This document shows positions 37,742 through 50,142 of a DNA stretch of 64,000 nucleotides, one piece after another (the stretch's first letter is position 1; each line of letters begins with the position of its first letter). The stretch covers positions 5,805 to 69,804 of the forward strand of contig JAHLWZ010000310.1 in NCBI GenBank assembly GCA_020536535.1. The letters run 5' to 3'. Source of the stretch: Pelomyxa schiedti (lineage: Eukaryota; Protista; Evosea). The notes beneath the pieces were generated by a model. The model had not been told where the DNA came from. It made no database searches and saw nothing but the letters and a program-made list of their open reading frames with translations. The translations under genes were made by a program, and so were the position numbers.

Positions 37742-40700
37742 TTACTTCTTCCTGCTCATAGTCCTTTGCTTCTCGCCGCTCTCCACTATTTTCTGCATCA
37801 AAGGCATGCCCTTTCTTTTCCTGACACTGTCCACATACTTGCGGGCTATGTTAGGAGGCAGGCCAGACTGGTCACTAGCATGCCCGTACTCTATGACCTC
37901 TTCCTCAGTCGTGGGCACAAAGAATGGGTCCTGCTCAATGGTCTCATAGTGGTCAAACACAAGCTGCGGTACTGCCGCCCCTGATGTCTTGGTCCTTATT
38001 TCTGTCGTTGTGATTGTGATTGTGATTGTTGTTTTTGGATTAGAAAATAGGAAGTTCCAAGTGAATGAGTGTTGCAGTTGTGTGGGTGATAGGGATAGAA
38101 AAGGAAAACATAAATGAACTGCAAAAAAAGGAAAATAAATTGGAGGAGAAAGAAAGGGCGGGCACACACCATCACTGAAGCCAAAACTTTCGGCAACAGG
38201 TAGCCAGGCTCTGATAGTGAATATGCTTGTGCTGTCACTAACCTCTTCGCTGAACACTCTCGCTCTTCTTCTATGAAGAACGCCGTATACCTTGCCAAGG
38301 CTGTCCACTGTGTGGAAAATAAGTGTCATTGTGTTTAATGGGTTTTGTAGAGGGTAGTTACTTGGTATTCTTATCTCACATAAGAACAAAGGTTCCATTA
38401 ATCGTATCTGGCAGTCTTGAAGTGCCTGATAATAACTGTGTTAGGACAAGGAGTGATTAATTAGTATTTAACATTAATGCATCCTTCTTTCATTGCAGCA
38501 ACAATCTGCCCGGACATTGGTCCTAGGTGGTCAACTGGAAATATCACAGTGAGACCTTTTTGAAACAAAAACGGAGGCACACATTCAGTAGAGGAAGTAA
38601 GCTCCACCGAAGTGACAATAAATCCAACAGAACACAGAGGTTCACCACAAAGAGGTCCGAAAGATACAGCCATTTGGAATCCGGCAACAAAACTGCTATC
38701 CAGATCACCGAGGGTAACTGAGAAGTTGTGAGCTATTTTAAAGATGTTCAACAGTGCACAATTTGACTTGATTGATGGGGTAACATCCGATGAAGCAGAT
38801 GACGTTGTTGTATGCTCAACGGAAGCAGTGGGGAGAACATCGGTACTTCCTTTCTTTCTTTGCATGAACGGAATCCAATCCCTAGAAGAACGTAAATTCA
38901 TTTTTGTGGAACTATTGTATGAGACAGACGTGAAGTCAGGAACACAATTAAACAAGACATTTGGGCCACTGAAGTGAGGGCCAAGAGACCATATACTAGG
39001 CAGTAGATTAAAAAAGAAATTTGAAGTGAAAAAGAATTCGCACCAGTGTGAAAGTCGCTCCCAAAATGGACCTTCTTCTCTGAACAGGGAAATAAATTCT
39101 TCATAGAAAGCCAGTGCTTCATCTCCAGCAAGTTTCCCCTGTGTGACACTTAAAAATGGAAATTGGCAGGTCCGCCCAGGGCACCTGTTTTCGAAGTGCC
39201 TTTATCTGACTTGTATTATCGTTGATGAATTTAGTGATTTTCTCCGGTAGACGAATTGCTTGTATCTTGAGTAATCCTTGCTTGTTGGCTGTCCAAGTTT
39301 CAACTACGCCAGTGTTCTCAGTGGAGCTCTCAGCATCAGTATCGTCTGTTGTTGCTGTTGTTGTGCTAGCTTCATCTACATGATGGTGTGAGTTAGCTTC
39401 AGTACGCCAACTTTTTACCAGAAACAGTTGTGGGCAATATTGTTTCCTGGAAGGGAACAATTGGATCAGAACGTATTATGTCTATTCGTGCAAATGTGTC
39501 ACGAAGGTCTCTCATGCATCTCTTTTAGAGATTTAAACAAGATGATGGAATTTTGCTGTGGAACCTCTAAGTGCAACTCTCCTGAGGTTAGCAAATTGAG
39601 CTCTCCGGTATGGTGAATAAGAGTTTGACAAGCCGGGTCTGCTTGATTAAGCTGCTTCAATGCGGCAACTAGTTTGCCTCTCTCCGCTTTTTCACTTTGA
39701 GTTGGGTGGTTTATAAAAAAAATGTTGGTATACAAGGATTCCGCGGTTCTAACGCAACGCGTACAATTGGTTTCATCTTACGCTTCAGTTAGCTTCTAAA
39801 AGAAAAAAGAGACATCTTACCATAGAGCTCCAAAGAGGGGGAAATGAAGGAACATCCAAAACAGAGGATATAGTAGCAGTTTTAGTTACTACACCACCAA
39901 GGCCACCTATACCAAAGATATTGCCCGCGTAGGCAACATCTAATGCTTCCAGACTTTGCCCTTTAGCACTTAAGTCAAATTGATCATTAACAGTGCGGTA
40001 CCCATAAGCAAGAACAGGTTTTCAACAGTGGTGGATACAACATATTTACTGGGATCAGTGGGATCATAACGGGGTCCAAGAATAAAAACCTTCATCTGCT
40101 GTTACGTAAAGATCAAGAAAGGAAGGGTTGAACCTTTTTCCCTTTTCTAAGATTCCCACTAAACAAGCGAGCAACTGCAATGAAGACCTCATTTTCTTCG
40201 GAATCAGTACTCACATGCACAGGTATGGCCAATTCTGTGGGGCTAGATGTCACAGGTTCGCTTGGGGGAGATAGAAGTTCGCAGGGCTGTGCAGCTTCCG
40301 TGGACTGAGAGGCTGTTCCCGTCGGTGGGGATGGTTGCTCTGTTGGTATTTCTACAGGTTGTTGTGGTACTGGCTCAGGTGTATGCATTGGTACAACAGT
40401 GCTTGTTTCTATGGGGAAGACAGTTTGTGGTGATGTAATTTCTTGATTGGGGACCCCAGTTGCGCTCTGCATGACATCAATGCTTGCTGTAGGTGTTTGC
40501 GAAGTTGCGGTAGCCTGTTGTGTGGGTGGTGTGAGTGCTTGTAGAAGTTGTACCCTTGGCCTTGCGTGAGGGTCCTTCTGCTTGAAGCAACCTCCTGGTA
40601 AGTAATCCTGACGAGATTAGTGGCAAAAAAAGGATTTCCAAGAAACCTTGTGGATCTTAAACACTTTGGCAATGTATGCTATAACTGGTGCCTCTTCAGC

Positions 40701-42507
40701 TTTAGAGCACTCAGTTATGGCACTCAACGCATTTCTTCTTGTGTTAGTGAAATCGATTTACGACGAAGCCATACTGTATCGCACTGCTAGTTCGAGAAGT
40801 TGACAGTGTTTTCAATAAGAACGGTAATCGTCGCTTCTGACCCTCTTGTGGACAGGGGATTTTTTCAACAATGGTATCTTCAATTGTTGAGTTGTATGTA
40901 GTTATGAAATGAAGTACCAAGGATGGTGGGCGCAATAGGCCACCATGCTCGCATTATGGCTTGTAAACCTTCCCTCTTGTCGGGTTTTGCAAGTTCCTTT
41001 TCGTTAATATTGACATGCTTCAGGGTAGCCAAAATTTTCGCAAGCTTATCAGAATCTCTATTGTTTGGTGATCAGTTGGATTTACTTTCTTTTACCTTAC
41101 GGGTTGATAAAAGAAGCTGTGTATACTTCCCAGATAGGTTTCAGGATAAACAGGGAAAACATTGTAGGTGCAGAAAAATAGGGTCCAAGGCGTTTAAAAA
41201 CGCGTTTGACTTTGGGATCAAATGTGAAATTTCCCCATAAAGTTTGCATAAGAACTTCCTTTCTCATTCCGAGTTTTGTGCTGTACAGATTGGCGAACTG
41301 CTCTAGCCTGTGTTTCGTTAACCACCAAGGCAAAGGATTTTCTTGTACCTGAAAGCCCAGCCATCCACAGCACTTGCAAATATCACATTCCCTTTTTCTG
41401 GCATGAAATAGGAATTAGCTTCCTCCGCTTCTTGTGTATCTAATGAGGCTGATGTCGATGTTGGTGCCGGTGTCGATATCGACGTGGATGTTGAAGTTGA
41501 AGTTGAAGTTGAAGTTGGGGCTGAGGTAGGAGATGAGGTAGCGGTAGATGGGGGAAGAACTTCTGTTTCAGGTTTTGTGTGTGCATGATCCAGATCTCGT
41601 ATAGTTTCTTCATGGTGGAGAGTGCCCATAACAGCATTGACCTAAGTGCTCTCAGATGAAGTTAATACCGCCAGTCCAAAAAATAAAACCTGCTCAAGAA
41701 TTTTTTGGAGGTGGACAAACGCTTCTTGTGGGGAAAGGTGCAGGTCTGTAACTAATCTGTTGATCATGTTGGAAAAGAGTAGTGCATTTCAAGGCACACC
41801 GATCCATTTTATTGATCACCAGCACTGGAGTTAGCTTTTCAGACCAAGCTTGACGCAAGACAGCATGGGTCTGGATTTTGTTCAACCAAAAGTCGAACCG
41901 AAGGGAATAACAGACCTGTATCAAAACCCCTTCAACAGCATCTACCAAGACAAGAGCTCCATCAGTTAACCTCACAGCAGCAGAGACCTCACCTAGATAA
42001 CTTTAAATATGATATAAACCGGGTCCTGGGTTCGCACACCACTAAAATCAACGTGGCCAGGTGAATCAACAAGGTTCATAAGAAACCTCTGTTCGTTTGG
42101 AGCTGTGGATGTAAGTAGTGGGAGGTGAAATCAAGATACACACACTCCCTGGTTTGCTAACATGAAGCAGAGAAATAGCACTAGCCTATTGAAGGTCAAC
42201 AAAAAGTAACCAAAAAAAAGAGTTGTTTTAGGGGAAACTACCTTCATTGTTATCCTGTGTTCCTGTTCATCAGGTCTGAAATCAAGCAGTTTTACCTTAC
42301 CAGCCAACTTTGGAGATATAATCCCATTTGTAGATATCAATGTGTCAGATAGTGTCGTTTTACCTTCAGGAAAAAAAGAGGTGAACCCACAAACCCATAA
42401 CTTCGGTATTGGTTACCATGGTCAACGTGAGCCACGATTGAGAAGTTCCGGATGTTATCCGTAGACGCTTGCAACGACCTCAACGTAGCACCACTCACAA
42501 CCGGCAT
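37742..42507 (-). CDS. EFL1: Elongation factor-like GTPase 1 (Ria1/EFL1), 60S maturation (multi-exon)
   Basis: [83 protein letters not shown]...[11 protein letters not shown]. Confidence 0.95.
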
Positions 42508-43567
42508 TCTTAATTACGTACGAAGACAGGAAAATGATTGCTTGATCAATGGTGAGGAACCGGGACTTGGGGTAAAATACAAAAAACACTGATTTCCTCT
42601 GTGACAACAAGAAACACGTGAACAATGTGTTGCCCACACTGTCGTGTTGCAGTGATTTTAGAAGACGTCACACTCCCGAACAGTGGTGGAATTGTCCTGA
42701 CACCCAAACAAAGCTGCCGCACCCCCGTGATCGAGGCCACACCCTCCCCGTTTTTCTCCCTCCAACAAGAAAAGCATGGTCACACACGACGTTCAGAACG
42801 AAACCCAGCCTCCCCCGAATCGAATTTTTGGTGTGTCGTTTTTCTCGGCTATGGAGCCTTGGTGTGTCCTGGAAACACGCTCCCCGGGCATCCCCATCGA
42901 CGGTCTGCCTGCGCTGCGGGGAAGTGGGAAACACTTCCCGCCAACTTGGAGGCCCCAGTGTGGAGAACCAGGCCCACGCACTTTTCACTTTTGGTGCGTC
43001 CACGCACCCGTCAAAAATCTCTGCGCTTTTCGCACACGCTGGTGCTTTTTCACGCACCAGTGCGTCCCGTTTTCCATTTTCATCATTTTGTTTTTGCAGC
43101 CTTGGAGTGGGGCGGGTGCGTGTGGTTCGACGGCGGTTAATGGCATGGGTGGGTGTGGTTGGTCGGTGTTGCTGGCAACAGCTTGAGAATGAAATGCCAG
43201 TGTACATCGACTGTGGACAAAATAACAAGGAAGTGTGGTGGGCACACTGTGACCCACCACTTTCAAACTGTGACTCCCCACACACAACGGTCGTTTTGGC
43301 ATTTTACCCCAAGTCCCGCTGGATTTTCTTGTCTACCACTACTTCCCATAGTTGCATTTGGGAGGCAAAAAGAGGAGGGAAACAATGGATTTCTTGGGGG
43401 ACATTTGGTCCACGAGCCCAGAGGGATTTCTGCACCGGAGGTGCTTGAAATGTTGAAGGAAATAACTTCTCGAGAACTTCAAGGACCTTGGGAATCACAA
43501 ATTCCGTGTGGGCCCGTTTGGGCTGCCCTTCTTTTTTCCTCTACGCGTGATGATTTAGCGTAATACG

Positions 43568-46500
43568 ATGAGGGCACACGAGGTAACCTGCGTTGTGGTG
43601 GGGGAGAGCGACCACCTTGTGGAGCAGCTGCACGGAGCCATCTGCTGCGACCTCCGAGACCAATCAGCAGCGGCGCCGGGCTGCCACCACCACCCCGATC
43701 GCCGCCCCGCGACGATCACTGTGCCACCCCCCTTTCTCCCCACCACATGTGCTACATCAACCCCACACGTCATTGACATTTATCTGTGCCCTCCTCCTCC
43801 TCGTCGTGGTGCCACGCAAGCCCCCACAGAGGAGGAGGAGGATCCCACAGGGCCGCCGTCCCCCAACCACCACCCCCACCCCCACCACCACAACGTGCAG
43901 ACACCGAACTCCACAAGCACATCGTCGTGGCCGATACAGGGCCCGGCATCATCAGCAGCATCATCACCAGCACGTGCAGGGGATCGCAGGAGCGAGTGCC
44001 CCCAGGGGGCCAGCGTGGGTGCCGAGGAGGTGGTGGTGGTGTGGTGGAAGGGCGACACCGCACAGCCACCACCACCGCAACCACCAGGCAAACAAAGCAC
44101 TTGTGGGATGATGATGGGAATGGCTGCCACTGATGCCGAACCTGATGGTAACAGTAAGGGTGATGAGGATGATGGGACAGGGACTAGTAGTGGGTCTGCT
44201 GCTGCTACCACTATAAATACCGGGACTATTATGACCACCGGCGCAGTGGGAGTGGGTGGGGGAACGAGGAGGGAAGCGGTTGTGGTGTTGCTCCTGGTCA
44301 GGTGCCCCAAAGGAATTCCGGCCGAGAATGTCATTACTGACCTGAGGCGCGTGTACGGCAGCGACGCTGCTATGAAGGCCAACAGGAATTTGTTGATGGT
44401 GGACTGCGGGATTCCTTCTGCGGGCCACAGAAAGGGCGCCCCTCTGGAAATGGCCTTCAGAGTGCGTGTGCGAATCGTGTTTCTAGGTTTATATCTCTTA
44501 CTTTCTATTCACCAGCTCTGTGCATACAAGTTTGTGCAATGGAAGCCGGACTCGAAAACAGCCTTTGTGCAGCAGCTGGTTTCTTTAATTATTGAATCCG
44601 CGAAGGCACAATGCTGCGGTGAGTTGGGATTGTAACTCTTCAGTGTATTCATTCTTCATTCAGATCAAATGGAAATGGAATACATATCGCCTGGCAAAGT
44701 CGGAACAGCACTCGATATTACTGAGATGGCTCCTCCAGCAGTCGACTCCCTCCTGCAGTTTCTAAGTCTAACCCCAGATGAAATGGAAAAGAGTACTTCT
44801 GAGGGGAACGTTGCAGGTCTCACTGAAGCAGCTGCACTACGGAGATGGATTCAGGTGAAAAACTGGCCTGCAGTTAGGGAACTTGTCGGACTGGCACAAA
44901 CCTTGAGAGAACAGGATGTAAATCTTTCGGACTTGGAGTTGAATACTATTCCAGAACAGCTTGTGGGAATATCTTGCCGAATATTGGAACTTAGTGACAA
45001 CCCCATAAGGTACCTGCCGCCATGGTTCTTCCGTTGCAAGATACAGACTGTAGTATTGAGTGACAACTGTCCATTACTGGAATATGTTCCAGCACACCTG
45101 AAGAAGAGATGGCAGGCACTGAAGCATTACCTACTCTTTGGGGAAGAACCTGTACTTCCACGTGGTTCAAAACTCCACAAACTGGTTCTTATTGGTGAAC
45201 CTGGGGCTGAGAAGTCAGCCTTCTTGAAGTGCTTGATGGAAAAGAAGAAAGGAATAAAATCTATTAAACGAAAGAGCAGCCAACAATTCACACAGTCCAC
45301 TCCAGTCATATCAGTACATAAGCCCTTCAAGTTATCTAAAACATCAGTGACCACATGGACAGCATGGGAATTACGTGTGCTGTGCTCACTTCTGGTTTTT
45401 ATTTACTTATTTTTCCCAGGCACAGAGCATCCCTTGTATCCTTGCTTCTTCTGCAGTTACTCTATATTCCTTTTGTTCTTTGATTTCGACAAATTTTTTG
45501 GTCTTAAGGGAGAAGAAAGCAATGTCCACTTCTGGCTCAACGAACTATCTACCTGCCAAAGACTAACGAATCGATATGAGAATGCTGAAGTCATTCTAAT
45601 TGGGTTTTCTGTTCACAAAGGTCGTCATGACAGTAAAGCCATTTATGACAATCTTCTGCACCCTTGTGTGATTTCTCACCTTGGAGGCAACATTTCCTTC
45701 CGTGGCTGTATGATTCTCAATCTGAGGAAAGCAGAGGGACATTTTATTGAATACCCATATACTACATACACTGTGGGCCTTACATCTCTGGAACCAATCA
45801 AAGAAATAAGTCAATTACTGGATCGGTTAGTAGACGATCAGAATGCGCCAATCTCTTCCAGATGGGTCCACTTCTCTACAAGACTCTCACACGTGAAAGA
45901 ACCTGTAATCAGCTGGTCCAAGTTTGTTGCATTGGCCAGAGGCTCTGGTGTCGGGATACAGCAGACATTAAACTCAGATGTGGACATTCAAATGTGCTGT
46001 GATTACTTGTCAGACACAGGAGCAATCATACACTTCAAGCATGAGTACTGGTCATGTTCCAATGGGAACTTGTCACAGTTAGTAGTGTTGAAGCCGGAAT
46101 GGTTCAATGAAATCATGAACGTTGTGACTAATTCTGTTAAGAGACATGTGGATTTTTTGGAAAGATCCCAGCAGTATGGTGTGGATAGAACAGCAACTTT
46201 TTTACGTGAAGTTCCTGGCTACCCTATTCTTCTGTCATTACTCTCATATCTAGATATGGTGCTGCTACATGATCAGATACCGCAACTTTCCATTTCAATG
46301 TTCCGCTGTAACTACTCATTGGATGCCCTCTGGAGCAGCAGCGCAGTTTCCGACAACCAAGCAATTGCGAATTGTATCAGGACAATTGAATTTGGCTCTC
46401 TACACAATAAAATGCTCCCACAATTGATGAATATGCTGTGCCAAGTACCAGGTGTGGAACCAAAGTTGTCTGGAAAAACTGGAGTATGGTTTTCTAAGAG

Positions 46501-47961
46501 CTGCAAGGAAGGAATATCAGAGGACTTGTACCTCAGATCCACTTCTAACAAAGATACCTCGATTGATCTCTTCATGAAGCTAACGTGGGAAAATCATGAT
46601 ATTGATCCACTGCCTAGCTATAGCAGAAATTTGGGTGTGCTTTGCATAATGTGGTTGAATGACTTCTGCAGAGCAAACAATCTTCCAAATTTAGAGCAAA
46701 CATTTTCTTGTGCAACGTGTTTGAGGAAGCGGCTCGAGTCTAAAAATACAATTCTGCCATGCGAATTTCACTCTTTCAAGGAGAGTGAAGTACTCGAAGT
46801 TGTGCAGAATGGCAAGGAAGACCTCATTTGCTCTGTGGGTGGAAACGACCCACTGTACCTGGCAGATACTGCGCCAGAGTTTTCTCTCCTTGTATGCGAG
46901 GACAAGATAAAAACTTCTACCCACGAAACATGCCAGTTGATTGCAAAGGGAAGCGGTGTCTCCACGGCGTTACCAAAAGTTCTGCCAGTTCTATCTGTTT
47001 TAAGGGGTATTCCCCAACATCTCAACGTTGTCAAATACACTGGAGCCTGCATCGGAAAAGAAGGTCATCTCTTTTCGGTAACTGAATCCTTTCCTCTTAG
47101 AATTCCTCCGCAGTTGGAAGCCCTTGGCCTTAAAAATCATAACTCCTTGAACCTGCGGGATTTGATGGAACTGTGCATGCAAAGAGAGAATGAACCCAGA
47201 ACACCCAAAACAAGTTTGGACTGTTTATTTCCAATGTCTCTTAGGGAGAAATTACTCAAAGACGTGGCACGGGGTTTGCATCATCTCCATGCCGAACTTC
47301 CTTTTGTTGTTCACGGTGACCTTGTTGAAGATGGTTCATTATATCACACTAGCTTAACGCTTCTAACCCGCACACCAGGGAATGTGTTGATCTCATCCCT
47401 AGAAGAAACCGGAACTGGGCCATGGGCAAAGGTTTTATATTTGAACCTATATCTGAGCCTCACATAAAAATAGATTGCACATCTGGGTGTGTCACGGCCG
47501 GAAAAGCCGTACCAAAGTGGGCCGTGGTACCACAAGGGTCAAGGCTTGAGTTCGCAACATAACCTCAAGTCTGATCTCCGGAATTTCGGTATGTAGTTCG
47601 CTCTCATCACCCCATGATACCTTACCAAATTCCAAAAGGAATACTGGTTCACAAGGTTGTTTCTATGACCCAGCATCCAGTACACTTCCACCCAACTTGT
47701 AGTCCTCCCACAATCTCTCCTGCTGCAACGCCATTACAACCCGCTGCGCACCCGCCGGCACTGTCCTCAGTACCACCGATTCAACAACGAACAGACACCA
47801 GCAGTCATGAAACCACCATCACAACTACAAATCACACAGCAGCAGAAGTAGGGATACCAGTTTGGGCACAGCAAGTAATTGAGTGCTGCAGTCCCAGTCC
47901 CACATCACAGTCACCACCACCATCATTCCAACACCTCCTCCATATTTGGGGCCACTACTGA
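43568..47961 (+). CDS. Degenerate Roco protein (LRR - Roc - COR - kinase-like)
   Basis: LRRs (LSDLELNTIP, LSDNPIRYLP); KLVLIGEPGAEKS; COR-like YLSDTGAIIHF...VVLKPEWF; kinase-like HLNVVKYTGAC, DVARGLHHLH, VVHGDL, GNVLI. Confidence 0.75.
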
Positions 47962-48248
47962 GGCACAACAAGCAAAATGGGGGAACAAGAAAAAAAAAAA
48001 AAAAGCAGCTTCAGACCTCCCTTTTTTTCATAGACGAGAGGAGGAGGAGGGCAAAGGGGTCTCTCACTCCGCCTGCCATCCCCCATCCCTCGTACAACTA
48101 TCTTTTCAAATTATGCCCGCGGAGTCCAGGAACATCATGAATGGCTTCCTCCCACCAGCGCCCAGGGCAAGACTGCGACAGGTGCCCTTGCAAATTTTTC
48201 ATTGTGGGTGACGTTCCTTTTTTCCGGGTTGAAGTCCTAATTATTGTG

Positions 48249-50017
48249 ATGTCGTCTGCTGCGGTCACCCCCACAAGTGGCGGCGCGGTAGGCACCCCCA
48301 GCTCGGGCACCGAGTCGCCCGGGACGGCAACAGAGCCCGCCACCACCACCACCACCACCACGCCCACAGCAGCGTCGTCGGTGGGGGCGGTGGTCCTGCC
48401 TTCACCCCCGCCCACCAGATTCGTCGGCCACCCACAGCAGCCCACCACCACCACCGGTAGTAGTAGTAGCAGCAGCAGCACGAGCACGGTCACGGGTGGC
48501 GGTGGTATTCCTCCTCCTCCTATGCCCTCTTCTGCTGCTACTAGTGGTGGTGGGGGTGGTGGGGGGGTGGCGAAGGGGGGGATTGGGCGTAAGTTGGTGA
48601 TGGCGGCCAAGGAGAGCTGCACGAGCGTGGCGTGGAGCGGGCTGGTTCAGGGTGAGAACGAATCCTTTTGGGCCTCCCAGTTCCAAAAGTACTTTTTGTG
48701 TATCACACACTTATTATTATGATAATTGATCGGTGCAACGCTGTGTGATTGTAATTTTGAATTGGCGCAAAAAATAGTACCTGGCAATAACTTGTTTACT
48801 CACTCACCTCCATTCATATTCATATTCATCCAGGGCATTTGTTGTTGGACAGATACCTCCTTCTTGTCCACCTCCTGACATAAGCGCAGCGACATCAACA
48901 TCCACCACGACCACCTCAACGGTCTCCACACAACGGGTACTCTCAACTTCTTCGTATTTACTTTCTTGACATGTTGCTAGCAAGATGAGGATGATATGTT
49001 ATTTTTCATCATACAAAAAATCGGGTGAGTTTACCAAATTGATTCGGAAAATGACCTAATTATTCCGTGTGATCACAGAAAAGGAGGAAAACCCGAGGAA
49101 GAAGTGTCTGTAAAAAGAAAGAACTCAAAGACTTTACCAGAGCTGGAGTTTCCTGGTCTTTCTTGGGAAAGTCTGTACCCGTTCCTTACTTAACTCTCTA
49201 ATCGCTCAATAGAATCCTTTTTATTGACTATGATTACGCAATTATTGCACTATTCCTTGACTGTGTATGTTTGCTACAATGAAACTGAAGAAACCAGGAA
49301 ACCTTTTCAAACTCTCAGTGCTGTTCAAAGACAAGTGTACATACATAATCATAAATTTCAAGACTCTGATCTTGTCCAGATTTGCATCACCCACCAAAGT
49401 TAGGATGGATGCTAAGGTAAATACAACATCCCCAGCCTGGCCGTTCCTATATTTCTCTGTTGAAGAGTTCGGCGATGTTTGGCAGGGGATATCTCTCTCA
49501 CAGTACCAACTATCTTCCGTGAACTCTTTTCACCTTAGAACAGGTTTGGAGAGTTCATTGCTGTAGACCTATCAGTTTCCGGCACAGTTTTTGGAATACC
49601 AATCAAAGATCTCAGTATATTCAGAGGAGGAATTGGATTTAGGTTTTCCTTTTTTTCTACTCCCTTCCACTAAATACTTGATTAGCACTATGCAGAAGGT
49701 TTTTACACGGCCTATACGCAGCCCACCTGTAAACACAAATAGCTGGTTTGGGTCCATTATATCCAAGCTTGCCCCTCCGCCACAAACACCAGTCAATGAC
49801 AAGTTTGTGGAAATTAGAGGACCTGGTGGAAAAGGTCTAGTTCAAATGGCCCTTGTAAAACCCTACGGTAATTCTTTTCTTCCTCCTATTATTCAATTCT
49901 TATTGCTTTGGTGCAGATGGGGAACCAAAGATGAATTGTGCACTCACTTTTATTTGTATTCATTACCAGTCCATAGCCCGTGATGTTTTTGACTGGCTGG
50001 ACACTGCCACCGAATAG
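48249..50017 (+). CDS. KIAA0930/DUF2045-like protein (multi-exon)
   Basis: DDMLFF, RKNSKTLP, FASPTKVRMDAK, PFLYFSVEEF, FVEIRGPGGKGLVQMA match my recollection of this family. Confidence 0.75.
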
Positions 50018-50142
50018 TTAATCAAAAAGCGTCCCCACGTAAAAAAAATCCACAAGAACAAGAAGAATTGTATGTTCGGCTTATTAATTTGACAAACTTC
50101 CTGAAAACCATGGTTTTCTATTACCTGAGCTCATTCCTCTGC

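Noticed and set aside
42618-43563. Cluster of 100-270 aa ORFs between EFL1 and the Roco gene
   Set aside because: No recognisable motifs or consistent exon structure; treated as intergenic or decayed sequence.
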